From positions 44,247-108,246 of the IMG/VR virus record IMGVR_UViG_3300036821_000136: a stretch of 64,000 nt of DNA; one strand, given 5' to 3'. This DNA is from a virus (Duplodnaviria; Caudoviricetes). Numbering within the stretch: position 1 is the stretch's first letter; every line of letters starts with the position of its first letter. The notes under the pieces are model-generated. The model had not been told where the DNA came from, did no database searches, and saw nothing but the letters and a program-made list of their open reading frames with translations. This document shows positions 35,034 to 45,282 of the stretch, one piece after another. Made by a program: the position numbers and the translations under genes.

Positions 35034-35278
35034 CTTTTGCGCAGCAGGTGGATGAGCGCCACGATCCCGATCACCACGAGCGGCAGCACCAGGCCGGTCA
35101 CGATCGCCAGCGCCGCCTGCCAGATGCGGGTCTTGTGCGCGGTCTCCTCCGTGGTCTGCTGGTCCAGCCATGCGGCCACGGTCCTTTCCAGCGCGTCGAT
35201 GCGGGCGCCGACCGCCGCGGTGGTGGCGGTGAACCGGCCCCACGTGACCGGCGCGTCGTCGCCGCGTCCGTTCGGCAC
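35030..35278 (-). CDS. membrane protein in the lysis region
   Basis: Coiled coil plus C-terminal TM segment. Confidence 0.7.
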   Translation of the reverse strand: MPNGRGDDAPVTWGRFTATTAAVGARIDALERTVAAWLDQQTTEETAHKTRIWQAALAIVTGLVLPLVVIGIVALIHLLRKS

Positions 35279-35281
35279 CTG

Positions 35282-35581
35282 CTACGCGCCGCCCCAGAAC
35301 TTGCTCGCGTTGTCGCGGTAGTCCAGCACCGGCGGCGCCGCGCCGCCGGTGTAGGCGGTGTACAGGTCGAAGTGCTGGTCGAGGGCGGCGATCAGCGCGG
35401 TCGCGTCGGCCTGCGCCATGCCCAGCCCGTCGGGCTGCGGGTCGGTCAGGAAGGTCAGCCCGCCCATCGAGTTGATGTAGGACCGCTGGTCCATGATGTT
35501 GGTGAACCGGTCGCGGAGCTGGCTGAGGATCGACCCGACGAAAGACAGGTAGGTCTGCGGGACCGGGACGTTGACGGGCAC
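35282..35581 (-). CDS. hypothetical protein (possible tail fibre chaperone)
   Basis: GGGAGGG RBS; follows the fibre gene. Confidence 0.7.
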   Translation of the reverse strand: MPVNVPVPQTYLSFVGSILSQLRDRFTNIMDQRSYINSMGGLTFLTDPQPDGLGMAQADATALIAALDQHFDLYTAYTGGAAPPVLDYRDNASKFWGGA

Positions 35582-35601
35582 GCGGGCCCTCCCTTCCGGG
35601 G

Positions 35602-37299
35602 TCAGTTGACGTTGATCGGGAAGCCGCCGTTGAAGATCATCGCGGTCGCGCCGGTGATGGTCGGGATGGTGAAGTCCCCGTTGGTGTTGGCCGTGGCGTA
35701 CCAGTTGCCGACCGCCGTCGCGCCGAACGAGGACATCGGGATGCCGGTGGGGGACAGCGGCCGGTAGCCGGCCGGCAGCGTGAACAGCGTCCCGCCCACG
35801 ATCGCGCCGCCGCCGCTCTTGTTGATCGTGCCGACGATCCACACGATGCCCTCGGACAGCATCCGGTAGGACACCTTGATCCAGTTCGCCTGGTTGACGT
35901 AGGCGGAGGTCAGCGTGGCGGTGTGCCAGCCCTCCTGCTGCGGCGGGTTGGACGCCGACCCGCCGGTGCCCGGCACCTTGGCGTACATCTGGCCGACGTT
36001 GTAGATGCTGACGCCGTTCCAGTCAGCGGACAGCATCAGGTACGAGCCGCTGCCGACCGAGGGCGCCTGGTTGTAGATGATCTCGCAGCTGGCCGAGCTG
36101 GTCCCGTCGGAGGAGTTGAGCTCCAGCCCCACATAGTCGTCGTGCCCGGCGGTGTTCTTGCGCGGCCCCTGCAGCAGCATCTGGGCGAAGCTGCTGTTGT
36201 ACACGCCCTGCAGGTAGCCGTCGATCACGCTGGCCTGGTTGAAGTTCACCGCGTAGACGCCCTGGCCGGAGCTGGTGGTGATCCGCACCTGCACGTTCGG
36301 CGCGGTCCCGGCGATCAGGGTCGCGCCCTGGATGGTGGTCCCGTCGACGATCCCGGCGTACAGGATCCCGGCGGCCATCTGCGCAGCGGTGATCGTGGCC
36401 GCCTGGATCTGCGCCGCGGTGATCGTGTTCGCGGCGATCTGCGTCGCCGTGATCGTGTTGGCCACCATCCGGTCGCCGGTGATCGACGCGGCCGCGATCT
36501 GCGCCGCGGTGATCGTGTTCGCCGCGATCAGCGCCGCGGTGATCGCGTTGGCGGAGATCGCCTGCGTGCCGAAGGTGTAGGGGGTCCAGCCGCTGCTGGT
36601 CTGATACTGCGACAGCGCGTTGCCCGCGCTGGTGTTGAACCACAGGTCGCCGGGGTTCGGCGAGGCCGGCGCCGACGGGGCGAAGCTGACCGCGACGCCG
36701 CCGGCGGAGATGGTGAACCCGAGCTGCGCCTGCATGATCGACCCGGCCGGGATCGCCTGCGCGGCGGTGATCGGGGTCGCCGACGCGGCGGTCGACGGCG
36801 CGGAGACGGCGCCGGAGGAGTTGACCGCGACCAGCGCGGCCCAGTATTGGGTGCCCGCGGTCAGCCCGGGCACGACGACCACGCCGGGCGCGATCATGGT
36901 CCGCTGCAGCGTGGCCGCCGACGGGGTGAACCCGGCCCCCGACGGTGACACGTGCACCTGCACGCAGATGAAGTCGGACAGCGGCGGCGTGCCGCCGAGC
37001 TGCCCGTCCCACCCGACGACCAGCCCGCCGATCGCCGCGCTGACCGTCGGCGTGTCCGGCGCCGCCGGCGGCGGCGCGTTCATGTCCACGACGGTGTTGG
37101 TGCCGTCGGGCTGCGCGCCGATCAGCTGCCGGGTGGTGCCCGCCCCGTCGGTGACGGTCAGCGCTCCGCCGTCGATCGAGGAGTAGCCGAGCTGCGCGGT
37201 GCGCTGCCCGGCCTCCAGCTGGACGATCCGCTTCTGCAGCGCCGCGATCTCGCGGCCGAGCGCGGCGACCGACGCCGCGGTGATCGTGTCCAGCGTCAA
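35602..37299 (-). CDS. minor tail/fibre protein with ITAAQIAANT repeats
   Basis: FnIII-like segment, about seven 10-aa repeats, C-terminal FTLPAGYRP. Confidence 0.8.
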   Translation of the reverse strand: MTLDTITAASVAALGREIAALQKRIVQLEAGQRTAQLGYSSIDGGALTVTDGAGTTRQLIGAQPDGTNTVVDMNAPPPAAPDTPTVSAAIGGLVVGWDGQLGGTPPLSDFICVQVHVSPSGAGFTPSAATLQRTMIAPGVVVVPGLTAGTQYWAALVAVNSSGAVSAPSTAASATPITAAQAIPAGSIMQAQLGFTISAGGVAVSFAPSAPASPNPGDLWFNTSAGNALSQYQTSSGWTPYTFGTQAISANAITAALIAANTITAAQIAAASITGDRMVANTITATQIAANTITAAQIQAATITAAQMAAGILYAGIVDGTTIQGATLIAGTAPNVQVRITTSSGQGVYAVNFNQASVIDGYLQGVYNSSFAQMLLQGPRKNTAGHDDYVGLELNSSDGTSSASCEIIYNQAPSVGSGSYLMLSADWNGVSIYNVGQMYAKVPGTGGSASNPPQQEGWHTATLTSAYVNQANWIKVSYRMLSEGIVWIVGTINKSGGGAIVGGTLFTLPAGYRPLSPTGIPMSSFGATAVGNWYATANTNGDFTIPTITGATAMIFNGGFPINVN

Positions 37300-37312
37300 C
37301 CCGCCCTCCCGG

Positions 37313-38497
37313 TCAGTAGTAGGTCGGGGCGTAGCTGAACGAGTCCGACCGTGCCGTGGTCAGCGTCTGGATACCGGTCGCCGGGTTGAGGGTGATCGCG
37401 GTCACCCGGTGCCATATCTGCTGCCCGCCGAGCCAGCCCGTCGCGAACTGCAGCAGGATGTCATCGCCCACGCTGACCGACCCCAGCGGCGCGTTCGGGT
37501 GGTTGGCGATGGTGACCGACGCGGCGCCGCCCATGTTCTGCCGGGCGGCGAGCTCCCGCGACAGCAGCGGCTTGAGCGCCCCGGCGGCGGTGATGCCCTG
37601 GTCCTGGTAGACCCCGAACCGGCGCAGCCGCCCGTCGTCGACCGCGACCTGCCCCTGGATCGTCGTCGACCCCGACCCGGCGCCCGCCCCCGCGATCCCG
37701 TTGGCGTAGGTCGACCCGTCGCGGGTCAGCGGCACCACCGCGGCCATGTTCTCGTCCTCGACGAACCGCAGGTCGGTCCGGCGGGTCCCGGCGCGGGGCA
37801 CCGCGAACGACAGCGTGTGGCTGACCTGCTCGCCGCCCGCCGCCCAGGCGTGGCTCTCGGTCATGTCGGCCGGGATGGTCCCGGCGAGGCGGGTGATCTC
37901 CTGGCCCACGTCGGTCAGGTTCCACGGCGCCATCTCCCACGGCTGCGCCGCGACCGCCGCGACGGTGCCGTGCGCCGCCACGGCGGGGGTGCCGAGCCGG
38001 GCGGCGCTGTGGGTGGCCGCGTCGACGGCCAGGTGCAGGTTGCCGGACGGGAACGACTGCAGGTGCGCCCACAGGAACCGGATCCCGTCGAGCGGGTCCA
38101 TGTTGACCCGCTGCGTGTCGGGGCCGGTGTAGGGCTGCCCGGGCGGGTAGCCGCGGAACCCGGTCGCCGTCACCGCCCAGGTCGGCCCGTTGAAATCGGA
38201 GTGCGTGTGGATGCCGCCCCACCGGATCTGCCCGTCGGCGACCGCGTAGATCAGGGTCGACCACTCGTCCAGCAGCGGCCGCCCGTCGGCGGCGGCCGCC
38301 AGCGCGATCGCCGGGGCGATGTCGGCGGTCAGGGAGTCGGCGGTCAGGTCCCACGTCATCGCCACGTTCTCCAGCGGCAGCCCGGCCCGGTCCAGCCACG
38401 CGCCGGTGACCGCCCGCTGCGCGTAGTACACCCACGACGACGGCCGCACCAGCCGCAGATCCGGCACCGCCAGCGGCGCCGCGGCGAGGCTGCTCAT
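37313..38497 (-). CDS. minor tail protein
   Basis: Position in the operon; DGQIRWGGI; SVGDDI. Confidence 0.75.
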   Translation of the reverse strand: MSSLAAAPLAVPDLRLVRPSSWVYYAQRAVTGAWLDRAGLPLENVAMTWDLTADSLTADIAPAIALAAAADGRPLLDEWSTLIYAVADGQIRWGGIHTHSDFNGPTWAVTATGFRGYPPGQPYTGPDTQRVNMDPLDGIRFLWAHLQSFPSGNLHLAVDAATHSAARLGTPAVAAHGTVAAVAAQPWEMAPWNLTDVGQEITRLAGTIPADMTESHAWAAGGEQVSHTLSFAVPRAGTRRTDLRFVEDENMAAVVPLTRDGSTYANGIAGAGAGSGSTTIQGQVAVDDGRLRRFGVYQDQGITAAGALKPLLSRELAARQNMGGAASVTIANHPNAPLGSVSVGDDILLQFATGWLGGQQIWHRVTAITLNPATGIQTLTTARSDSFSYAPTYY

Positions 38498-39474
38498 TGG
38501 GTCTGCAGCGCCTCTTGCCACTCGATGTCGACGACGTAACCGCTGGACCCGTCCAGCTGCCAGTAGGCGGTGCCGACCGCGCCGCCCTTGCCCTGGCCCT
38601 GCAGCTGGAAGTTCTGCGTCGTGCCCCGCATCGCCGGCGGGATCGACAGCGTGTCGACGCAGATGCCGGTGTCCCGGTAGGGGTTGGTCGCGGACTGGTA
38701 GTTGCTCGAGTCCATGATCATCGTCTGCGACAGCAGCGTGCCGAGCTGGAACCGGATGTTGGCCCACGGCCCGTTCGTCGACCCCGACACCCACACCGAC
38801 ATGACCTGCGTCCACATGCAGACGACCCGGGCGCTGACCGCCCAGGAGGGCACCGCGACACTGAACGACGCGGCCGGCGGCCAGGTGACGAACGCCGCCT
38901 GGCTGTTCAGCAGCCGCCACGTGCCGACGGGCAGGTTCACCGCGACCAGGGTGCGGTCGCGGCGGGCGTTCAGCATCGACCGCACGTCGGTGATCATCGC
39001 CTGGGTGATGACCGAGGTGGAGGCGGGCACGTCGACGCGGGCCAGCGGGATCGCGGACATGCCGCCGGGCGGCGCGGTGGTGCCGGCGACGACGCCGGAG
39101 ATCACGCGGGTGTAGACGATCTGGTCGGTCAGCGGGTTGTGCGACCAGCCACCGCCGGCGACGGTGGGATCCTCGACCTTCGCCACGATCAGGTCCGAGC
39201 GGGCCGCCCCGCCCGTCGCCGCGATGGACACCAGGTCATCGCCCACGTTGTAGCCGTAGTACGACCCCTGCCAGGCGGCCTCGGCGCCGGCGATGACGCA
39301 CGCGCCGTTGGACGCCCGCACCTGGCCCGAGGCGGTGGCGGTCTGCTTGACGTACAGGTCGGCGGCGCCGACGACGCCCTGCCCGGAGCGGGTCGCGGAC
39401 TGCAGCTGCAGCCGCCACAGCGACCCGGGCAGCGGGTTCCCGTCGACCGCGTAGAGGCCCTGCGTCCAGGTCAT
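38494..39474 (-). CDS. minor tail protein
   Basis: RSDLIVAKVEDP...IPLARVDVPAST..IT.AMITD.R. Confidence 0.75.
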   Translation of the reverse strand: MTWTQGLYAVDGNPLPGSLWRLQLQSATRSGQGVVGAADLYVKQTATASGQVRASNGACVIAGAEAAWQGSYYGYNVGDDLVSIAATGGAARSDLIVAKVEDPTVAGGGWSHNPLTDQIVYTRVISGVVAGTTAPPGGMSAIPLARVDVPASTSVITQAMITDVRSMLNARRDRTLVAVNLPVGTWRLLNSQAAFVTWPPAASFSVAVPSWAVSARVVCMWTQVMSVWVSGSTNGPWANIRFQLGTLLSQTMIMDSSNYQSATNPYRDTGICVDTLSIPPAMRGTTQNFQLQGQGKGGAVGTAYWQLDGSSGYVVDIEWQEALQTQ

Positions 39475-39488
39475 CGCGCCCCTTTCCC

Positions 39489-39818
39489 TCAGCCCTCGTC
39501 GCCGGGGGCCGGCGGCAGCATGGACAGCCAGGTCAGCGTGTCGGCCGCGGCCGAGCAGGCGTACAGCACCGGCGCCGGGTGCGACGGGTCGGCGGGCGCC
39601 ACCGGCGCGCCGAACCCCATCGCGCCGGGGATGAACGTGGGGACGTTCACCGCCAGCGGGAAGCCGGTCGCGGTGGTCACGTCCGGCCCGCCGACGAACG
39701 TGCCGCCGCCGGCGCCGCTCGGGTCGATGACGAGGCAGCCGTGCGGGCCGACCCGGCAGACCGGCACCGCGCCGCCGCCGGCGGGCAGCGGAACCTGGCC
39801 GGTGTAGTAGCGCGCCAT
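39489..39818 (-). CDS. hypothetical virion-associated protein
   Basis: TGATG overlap; FVGGPDVTTATGFPL. Confidence 0.65.
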   Translation of the reverse strand: MARYYTGQVPLPAGGGAVPVCRVGPHGCLVIDPSGAGGGTFVGGPDVTTATGFPLAVNVPTFIPGAMGFGAPVAPADPSHPAPVLYACSAAADTLTWLSMLPPAPGDEG

Positions 39819-41203
39819 CAGGTGCTCCCTCCGATCGAGCCGGTGACGGGCCGCCAGGTGACCGTGAGGCGGGAGGTGCCGGTCGGGTCCTGCCCGGTGA
39901 ACCGGATCGTGGTGATGCCGGCGGGCAGCGCCAGGTCGCGCAGCAGGTTCCCGCGGACCGCCCCGGCGAGGCTGGCGCCGTCGTTGCGGAGCACCGACCG
40001 CTGCCACGGGCGGGTGTCGACGGTGGCGGTCTGCCCGGCCGCCAGGGTGGTCGCCAGCTGCAGCCACTTGCCGGCCAGCGGGTAGCTCACCTGCGGGTTG
40101 GTGACCGGCCCGGCGAAGGTGAACACCGGCCAGGCGGCCCGCACGCCCGGGTTGGCGGCCGCGTTGGCGGTGTCGGACGTGCCGCCCAGCACGGTCGGCG
40201 GGGTGGCGGGCGGCGCGAAACCGCCGATGTTGTCGATGAACCCGGCGTCGTCGACCCACGCCACGTCGCCGGCGGCGGGGGTGCCGGAGTAGACCAGCCG
40301 GGGGCTGGCGGTGATCGTGCCCGCCGGCGGCACGCCTGGCGCGGTCAGCGGCGTCCAGGTGCCCGCCGCCGGGACGACCGCCGGCCCGGCGCTGGCCGAG
40401 ATCACCGCGCCGCCGGCGTTCAGCCAGGCGATCTGGCAGGACACCGGCACCGACAGCGTGCCGGCCGCGTACACCCACAGCCCCATCGTCTCGGCGCGGG
40501 TCGTGCTGACCGCGGCGCCGCCGTCGATGCCCATCGCCACGTACACGCCGGCGGTCCCGCCGGCCGGGGTGACCCGCATCGACCCGGGCGCGGTGTGGCC
40601 CTGCGCGCCGTCCCACGCCGTCGAGCAGTTCACCGGGGCCCAGTTGGCAACGCCTGTGTCGAACGTCTGGTTGAGGCAGCGGTTGCGCAGCAGCACCACC
40701 CCGGCGATATCGGAGGGGACCAGGGTCAGGATCACCGTCGAGTCGCCGTCGGCGTAGAAGTACGGGCTGGCGCAGTCGAAATCCGCGGTCCAGCCGATCA
40801 GCCCCTGCCGGACCTGCCCGAGGACCGGGGCGATCTTGCGGCCGCGGCCGAACACGGCGCGGGTGCCGGGGCTGCCGGGGTAGCGGAGCCGCAGCGTGGA
40901 GTAGGCGCCGGGCACCGCGCGGACCTGCTCGTTCAGCCAGGCGGCGGCCAGCTGCTCGTAGGTGTCGAGCGCCAGGCCGGCCTGCCCGTTCCCGGCGGTG
41001 ATGATCCCGGTCAGGCTGATCGTCATGGCGCCGAGGGTGTCAGCGCCCATCCGCAGCCCGTCGCCCTGCACGACCGGGGTGTCCTGGGCGGCGATGCCGG
41101 CGGACTGGTCGAACGCGGTCTGCTGGACCCTGATCAGGGTGCCGTTGCCGATCAGCAGCGCGCCGTCGAGCTCGTACTGCCCGTCCGCCAGCACCGTCGC
41201 CAC
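39818..41203 (-). CDS. distal tail (Dit)-like protein with inserted carbohydrate-binding module
   Basis: Follows the tape measure gene; AVFGRGR, WPV.TF.GPVTNP; insert NQTFDTG..W...WVDD. Confidence 0.7.
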   Translation of the reverse strand: MATVLADGQYELDGALLIGNGTLIRVQQTAFDQSAGIAAQDTPVVQGDGLRMGADTLGAMTISLTGIITAGNGQAGLALDTYEQLAAAWLNEQVRAVPGAYSTLRLRYPGSPGTRAVFGRGRKIAPVLGQVRQGLIGWTADFDCASPYFYADGDSTVILTLVPSDIAGVVLLRNRCLNQTFDTGVANWAPVNCSTAWDGAQGHTAPGSMRVTPAGGTAGVYVAMGIDGGAAVSTTRAETMGLWVYAAGTLSVPVSCQIAWLNAGGAVISASAGPAVVPAAGTWTPLTAPGVPPAGTITASPRLVYSGTPAAGDVAWVDDAGFIDNIGGFAPPATPPTVLGGTSDTANAAANPGVRAAWPVFTFAGPVTNPQVSYPLAGKWLQLATTLAAGQTATVDTRPWQRSVLRNDGASLAGAVRGNLLRDLALPAGITTIRFTGQDPTGTSRLTVTWRPVTGSIGGST

Positions 41204-41213
41204 GCCTGCCTCC

Positions 41214-44200
41214 TCACGGGCGGGAGAACGCGCCCATCCTGGCCTTCCGCAGCGTGAACGCCAGCTCCCGCATGGCGGCGGCCGCGTCGCCGGTGCCGTA
41301 GTAGTTGGTGTGGTAGGAGCCGATCAGCGGCGCCTGCCCGCCGCCGTCGCCGCTGCCGGGCCGGTCCGGGACGACCCACTCGGTGCCGGACTCGCCGAAC
41401 CGGTACAGCTTGCCGCTCAGCGCGCCGATCCCGCTGACCGGCTCGCTGACCGGCCCGCCGTTGGCATAGCCGTAGTAGGTGCCGCTGGTCAGCCCGGAGA
41501 TCGCCGACGGGCTGCGGTAGATCGCGGCGATGTAGCGGGCCGCGGAAGCCAGGTTGTCGACCGGGTTCCAGATGTCGCCGTGCCCGGCCAGCGCGTACTG
41601 CAGGAACGTGGCGGGGAGCATCTGCGCGACGCCCTCGGCGTGCTGGCCCAGCACCGAGATCGGGTTCTCCGCGCGGGCGTTGCCGCCGGACTCCTTGCCG
41701 ACCAGGATGCCCATCAGGCTCGCCCAGGAGGCCGGTTCCCCGGCCAGCGCGAGTGCGGTGCTGATCCACTGCCCGACCGTGCCGCTGACGGCGCCGCCGA
41801 ACCCGCTGGGCGGGGTGCCGGTCCACAGCAGCGGCATGTCGTTGATGCCCATCAGCTGCGGGCCCATCCCGCCGCCCTGGCTGATGACCATCGCCGCGTT
41901 CTTGACGATCGCCACGTGCCCGGGGTCGGGGCCGCCGGCCGGGCTGTGGTAGAACGCCAGCCCGCCGGTCTCCGGCGCGCCGCGCTTGACCCACGCGCCC
42001 TGCGCCTCGCTGGTGCGCGGCGCGTGGATCCCGAAGTGGTTGTAAATCGCCTGCGTGAACCCCGAGCAGTCGCAGCCGCTCAGCGACGTGCCCCCCCAGG
42101 TGTACGGGATTTTCCCGATGAACGTGGCGGCATAGTTGGCGATGTCGGCGCCCGACCCGCTGCCCCCCGACCGGCCCATGATCCAGTCGATCAGCTTGCC
42201 GATCAGCTCCTTGGGGATCTGCAGCAGGATCTGGTCGAGCAGCTTGCCCTTCTCGGCGCCGCCGCTGCCCATGTGGGTGAAGTCGGCGAACGCGTTGACG
42301 AACGCCGTCCGGTTCCCGGTGGCGAACGCGGCGGTGAGCTTGGCGACGTCCAGCGCCTTGTCGACCACGCCGGTGACGGTGTGCGCGACCGCCCCGGCCG
42401 CGCTGGTCGCGGCGTGGGCGACGCTGCTGGCGGCGTGGGCGGCCAGGTGCGTGATCCCGCTGAACAGGCCGCCGCCGCCGCCGGGGTTCGGCGGGGCCTG
42501 GCCGGTGCGGTGCGGCACCCCGCCGCCCTGGTAGCCGGGCACCCCGACCGCGGCGAACGCGCCGGCCAGCACCCGGGAGTGGTCGGCGCTCACGATGGTC
42601 TCGTCGCGGGAGACCCGCACCAGCACGTCGTCGGCCGTCGGCGTCGTGCCGGCCGTGATCCGGCCGCCGCCGGCGAACCCGGCGCTGATCTTCTTGATCG
42701 GCGACCCCAGCCCGACGTGGGAGGTGATCCAGTCGAACGCGCCGATCAGCCCGTCCAGCACGGTGTTGATCACCCACCGCACCGGCGAGGCGACGGTGTT
42801 CTGCAGGTTGTTCCACCAGCGGCCGATGGCCGCCACCGAGGTCTGGAAGACGGCGGGCAGCGTGCGGGTGAAGAAGTTGGCGACGTCGGTGCCGAACACC
42901 TGGTGGATCCAGTTGAGCAAGCCCTGCAGCCCGCTGGTGAACGGCTGCCACAGCCGGGAGCGGGCCAGCCCGATCGCCCGGTCCCACACTCCCGGCAGCG
43001 TGCGGGTGAAGAACCCCAGCACGTCGGTGTAGAACACCTGGTGGATCCAGGCCAGCTCGGCGCGCCACCCGGCCCGCCACCGGTTCCACAGCCGGGTCAC
43101 GGTCGCCGCCCAGAACCGGTCCCAGATCGCGGGGACGGTCTTGGTGAAGAAGTTGGCCAGGTCGGTGCCGAATATCTGGTGGAACCAGCCGAGCAGCGCC
43201 GCCGCGCCGGCCCGGATGGTGGCCCAGTGCTTGGCGATCAGCACCACGGCCAGGCCGACCGGGCCGGTCAGGATGCCGAGCACCAGCGGCCAGTTGGCCC
43301 GCAGCCAGTTGTAGGTCGCCTGGTAGGCGGCGTCGAGCGCGTGCCAGGTCGCCATCCACGCCGACGCGATCCACGCCGCCGCGGCCCGCAGCACGTCCCA
43401 CATGTCGTGCACCACGTCGCGGAACGCCTTGCTGTGCTGGTAGGCGTAGATCAGCCCGATGACCAGCGCGGCGATCGCCGCGATGATCAGCCCGATCGGG
43501 TTGGCGTCCAGCTCGAGGTTGAGCGCCGCCTGCGCGAACTTCCACGCATCGGTGGCCAGCTTGGCGACCTTGACGTAGGCGGTGTACACCAGCAGCCCGC
43601 CGCCGATCGCCAGGATCGCCCAGCGCAGCAGGTCGGCGGCCTTGCTCCCGCCGGTGAACCAGCCGATCACCGCCGCCAGCGGCCCGACCATCTTGGCCAG
43701 CAGCCCGATCAGCCCGTTGAACGCGGGCAGCAGCTTCTGCCCGACCTCCTCCTCCAGGCTGTGCAGGGTGACCTGGAGCCGCGCCATCGGGGTCGCCGCG
43801 GCGGCCGCGGTGCCGCCGTAGGACTTGCCGAGCGCGTCGAGGATGACCTTCTGCGCCTTCAGCGTGTCACCGCTCTTGGTGAACGCTTTGACCTGGTCCT
43901 GCTGCTGGGCGGTCAGCACGACGCCGAACCGGCGCAGCGCCGTCATCCCCTTGGCCGGGTCGTCGAGGGCCTTGCCTAGCGCCTTGGTGGTCTGCGACAG
44001 CGACCCCGCCGAGACGACCCCGCCGTGCATCGCGGCGGTCAGGTCGATGGCGGCCTGGCTGGCCCGGTTGAAAACGTCGTTGCCCTTGCCGACCTCGTTG
44101 CGCACGTCGGTGAACCGCAGCAGCATCGTCGACGCCTGCTCGATCGACAGCTTGTCGACGGCGTTGCGGCTGGACTCGCTGGCCGCCAGCTTGTCGATAT

Positions 44201-44705
44201 CGTCGGCGCTGACCCGCGCCGCGCCGCCGGTCGACCGGATCGCCTGCTCAACGATCTTCGCGGTCCGCTCGGCGGTCTCGCCGCCCTCGATCAGCCCCTT
44301 GAACAGCTCGACGGCGCCGCCGGCGGCCAGCGCGCCGAACAGCATCCCCTTCAGCGACCCGATCGCCTCGCCGGCGGTGTCGCGGAACCCCTCGGAGTAT
44401 TCCCTGCCGCCCTTCTCCCCGGCGGCCTTGGCCTCGGCGCCGGCCTTGGCGGCGATGCCCTCGCCGAGCGCCTTGCCGGCCTTCTCGCCCTCGGCCTTGG
44501 CCTCGGTGGTGGATACCAGCTTCCCGGCGACGGTCTTGGCGCGGGTCTCGGCCTCCTTGGCGAACCCGCCGCTGAACTGCGTGCCGGCGGCCTTCCCGGC
44601 GTCCGCGCTGGCCCGGCCGGACACCGCCTCCCGCATCGCCTTCTCGGCGGCGGGCTTGTCGATGCGCAGCTGCAGGGTGGCGAACAGCTCGGCGAAGCCG
44701 GCCAC
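41214..44705 (-). CDS. tape measure protein with NlpC/P60 and lytic transglycosylase domains
   Basis: 1163 aa, helical; LGKALDDP.KG; PYTWGG..DCSG..GHVAI; ESGGN..QMLPATF..NPVDN. Confidence 0.9.
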   Translation of the reverse strand: MAGFAELFATLQLRIDKPAAEKAMREAVSGRASADAGKAAGTQFSGGFAKEAETRAKTVAGKLVSTTEAKAEGEKAGKALGEGIAAKAGAEAKAAGEKGGREYSEGFRDTAGEAIGSLKGMLFGALAAGGAVELFKGLIEGGETAERTAKIVEQAIRSTGGAARVSADDIDKLAASESSRNAVDKLSIEQASTMLLRFTDVRNEVGKGNDVFNRASQAAIDLTAAMHGGVVSAGSLSQTTKALGKALDDPAKGMTALRRFGVVLTAQQQDQVKAFTKSGDTLKAQKVILDALGKSYGGTAAAAATPMARLQVTLHSLEEEVGQKLLPAFNGLIGLLAKMVGPLAAVIGWFTGGSKAADLLRWAILAIGGGLLVYTAYVKVAKLATDAWKFAQAALNLELDANPIGLIIAAIAALVIGLIYAYQHSKAFRDVVHDMWDVLRAAAAWIASAWMATWHALDAAYQATYNWLRANWPLVLGILTGPVGLAVVLIAKHWATIRAGAAALLGWFHQIFGTDLANFFTKTVPAIWDRFWAATVTRLWNRWRAGWRAELAWIHQVFYTDVLGFFTRTLPGVWDRAIGLARSRLWQPFTSGLQGLLNWIHQVFGTDVANFFTRTLPAVFQTSVAAIGRWWNNLQNTVASPVRWVINTVLDGLIGAFDWITSHVGLGSPIKKISAGFAGGGRITAGTTPTADDVLVRVSRDETIVSADHSRVLAGAFAAVGVPGYQGGGVPHRTGQAPPNPGGGGGLFSGITHLAAHAASSVAHAATSAAGAVAHTVTGVVDKALDVAKLTAAFATGNRTAFVNAFADFTHMGSGGAEKGKLLDQILLQIPKELIGKLIDWIMGRSGGSGSGADIANYAATFIGKIPYTWGGTSLSGCDCSGFTQAIYNHFGIHAPRTSEAQGAWVKRGAPETGGLAFYHSPAGGPDPGHVAIVKNAAMVISQGGGMGPQLMGINDMPLLWTGTPPSGFGGAVSGTVGQWISTALALAGEPASWASLMGILVGKESGGNARAENPISVLGQHAEGVAQMLPATFLQYALAGHGDIWNPVDNLASAARYIAAIYRSPSAISGLTSGTYYGYANGGPVSEPVSGIGALSGKLYRFGESGTEWVVPDRPGSGDGGGQAPLIGSYHTNYYGTGDAAAAMRELAFTLRKARMGAFSRP

Positions 44706-44715
44706 GCGCGCCCCC

Positions 44716-45282
44716 TAACCCTTGGTCGCCGCCCGCCGCGGCGATGAACGCGGCGACCTGCGCGGCGCGCGCCGCCGGGTCAGCGGCCCGCGCCGGCTCG
44801 GTCTCCTCCTCCAGCACGTCGGCCGGGTCGTCCCAGTCGGCGGCGCCCTCCCAGCCCAGCCGGCCCGCGATCACCGTCAGCAGCCGCAGCTCGGCCCGGG
44901 CGCGGGCCTCGTCGGTCCAGATCGCCTCGACCGCGTCCAGCCAGGCCGCTAGCCGGCCGGGTCCGCGTCCTCGATCACCGGCGGCCGCTCCGGGTGGGCG
45001 AAGCTCAGGGTCACGTTCCGCGGCCGCGGATCCGGCGGCGGCTCCGTTCCCGGCGGCGGCGGAGCCGCGAACGACACGTCGCCGAGCTGTGCCAGCAGCG
45101 CCAGGTCCTCGGCCGGCGGCCAGTCGGGCACCGCCGCCTGGTCCTGGTCCGCCTGGTCCGGCGCCGGGGCCGGGTCCGGGACCGGGGCGGGCGCCGCCGC
45201 CAAAGCCGGCGAGGGCGAGCCGGCCGGCGCAGTACCGGGAGCTGGCGGCCCAGCCGGCGAAGGCGATGGCGCTGTGGTAGGG
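44716..45282 (-). CDS. tail assembly chaperone, -1 frameshift extension (gpT-like), apparent end at TTA 44716-44718
   Basis: GC3-rich -1 frame PYHSAIAFAGWA...GRLALAG and LAAWLDAVEAIW...; no start codon of its own. Confidence 0.55.

Noticed and set aside
36370-36560. 30-nt tandem repeats as a DNA-level repeat or diversity-generating element
   Set aside because: They encode ITAAQIAANT fibre repeats with synonymous variation, and no reverse transcriptase is present in the window
40962-43979. 1005-aa plus-strand ORF and other long antisense ORFs (for example 51535-54291 and 60723-62462)
   Set aside because: Shadow frames of well-supported minus-strand genes, as expected at very high GC3
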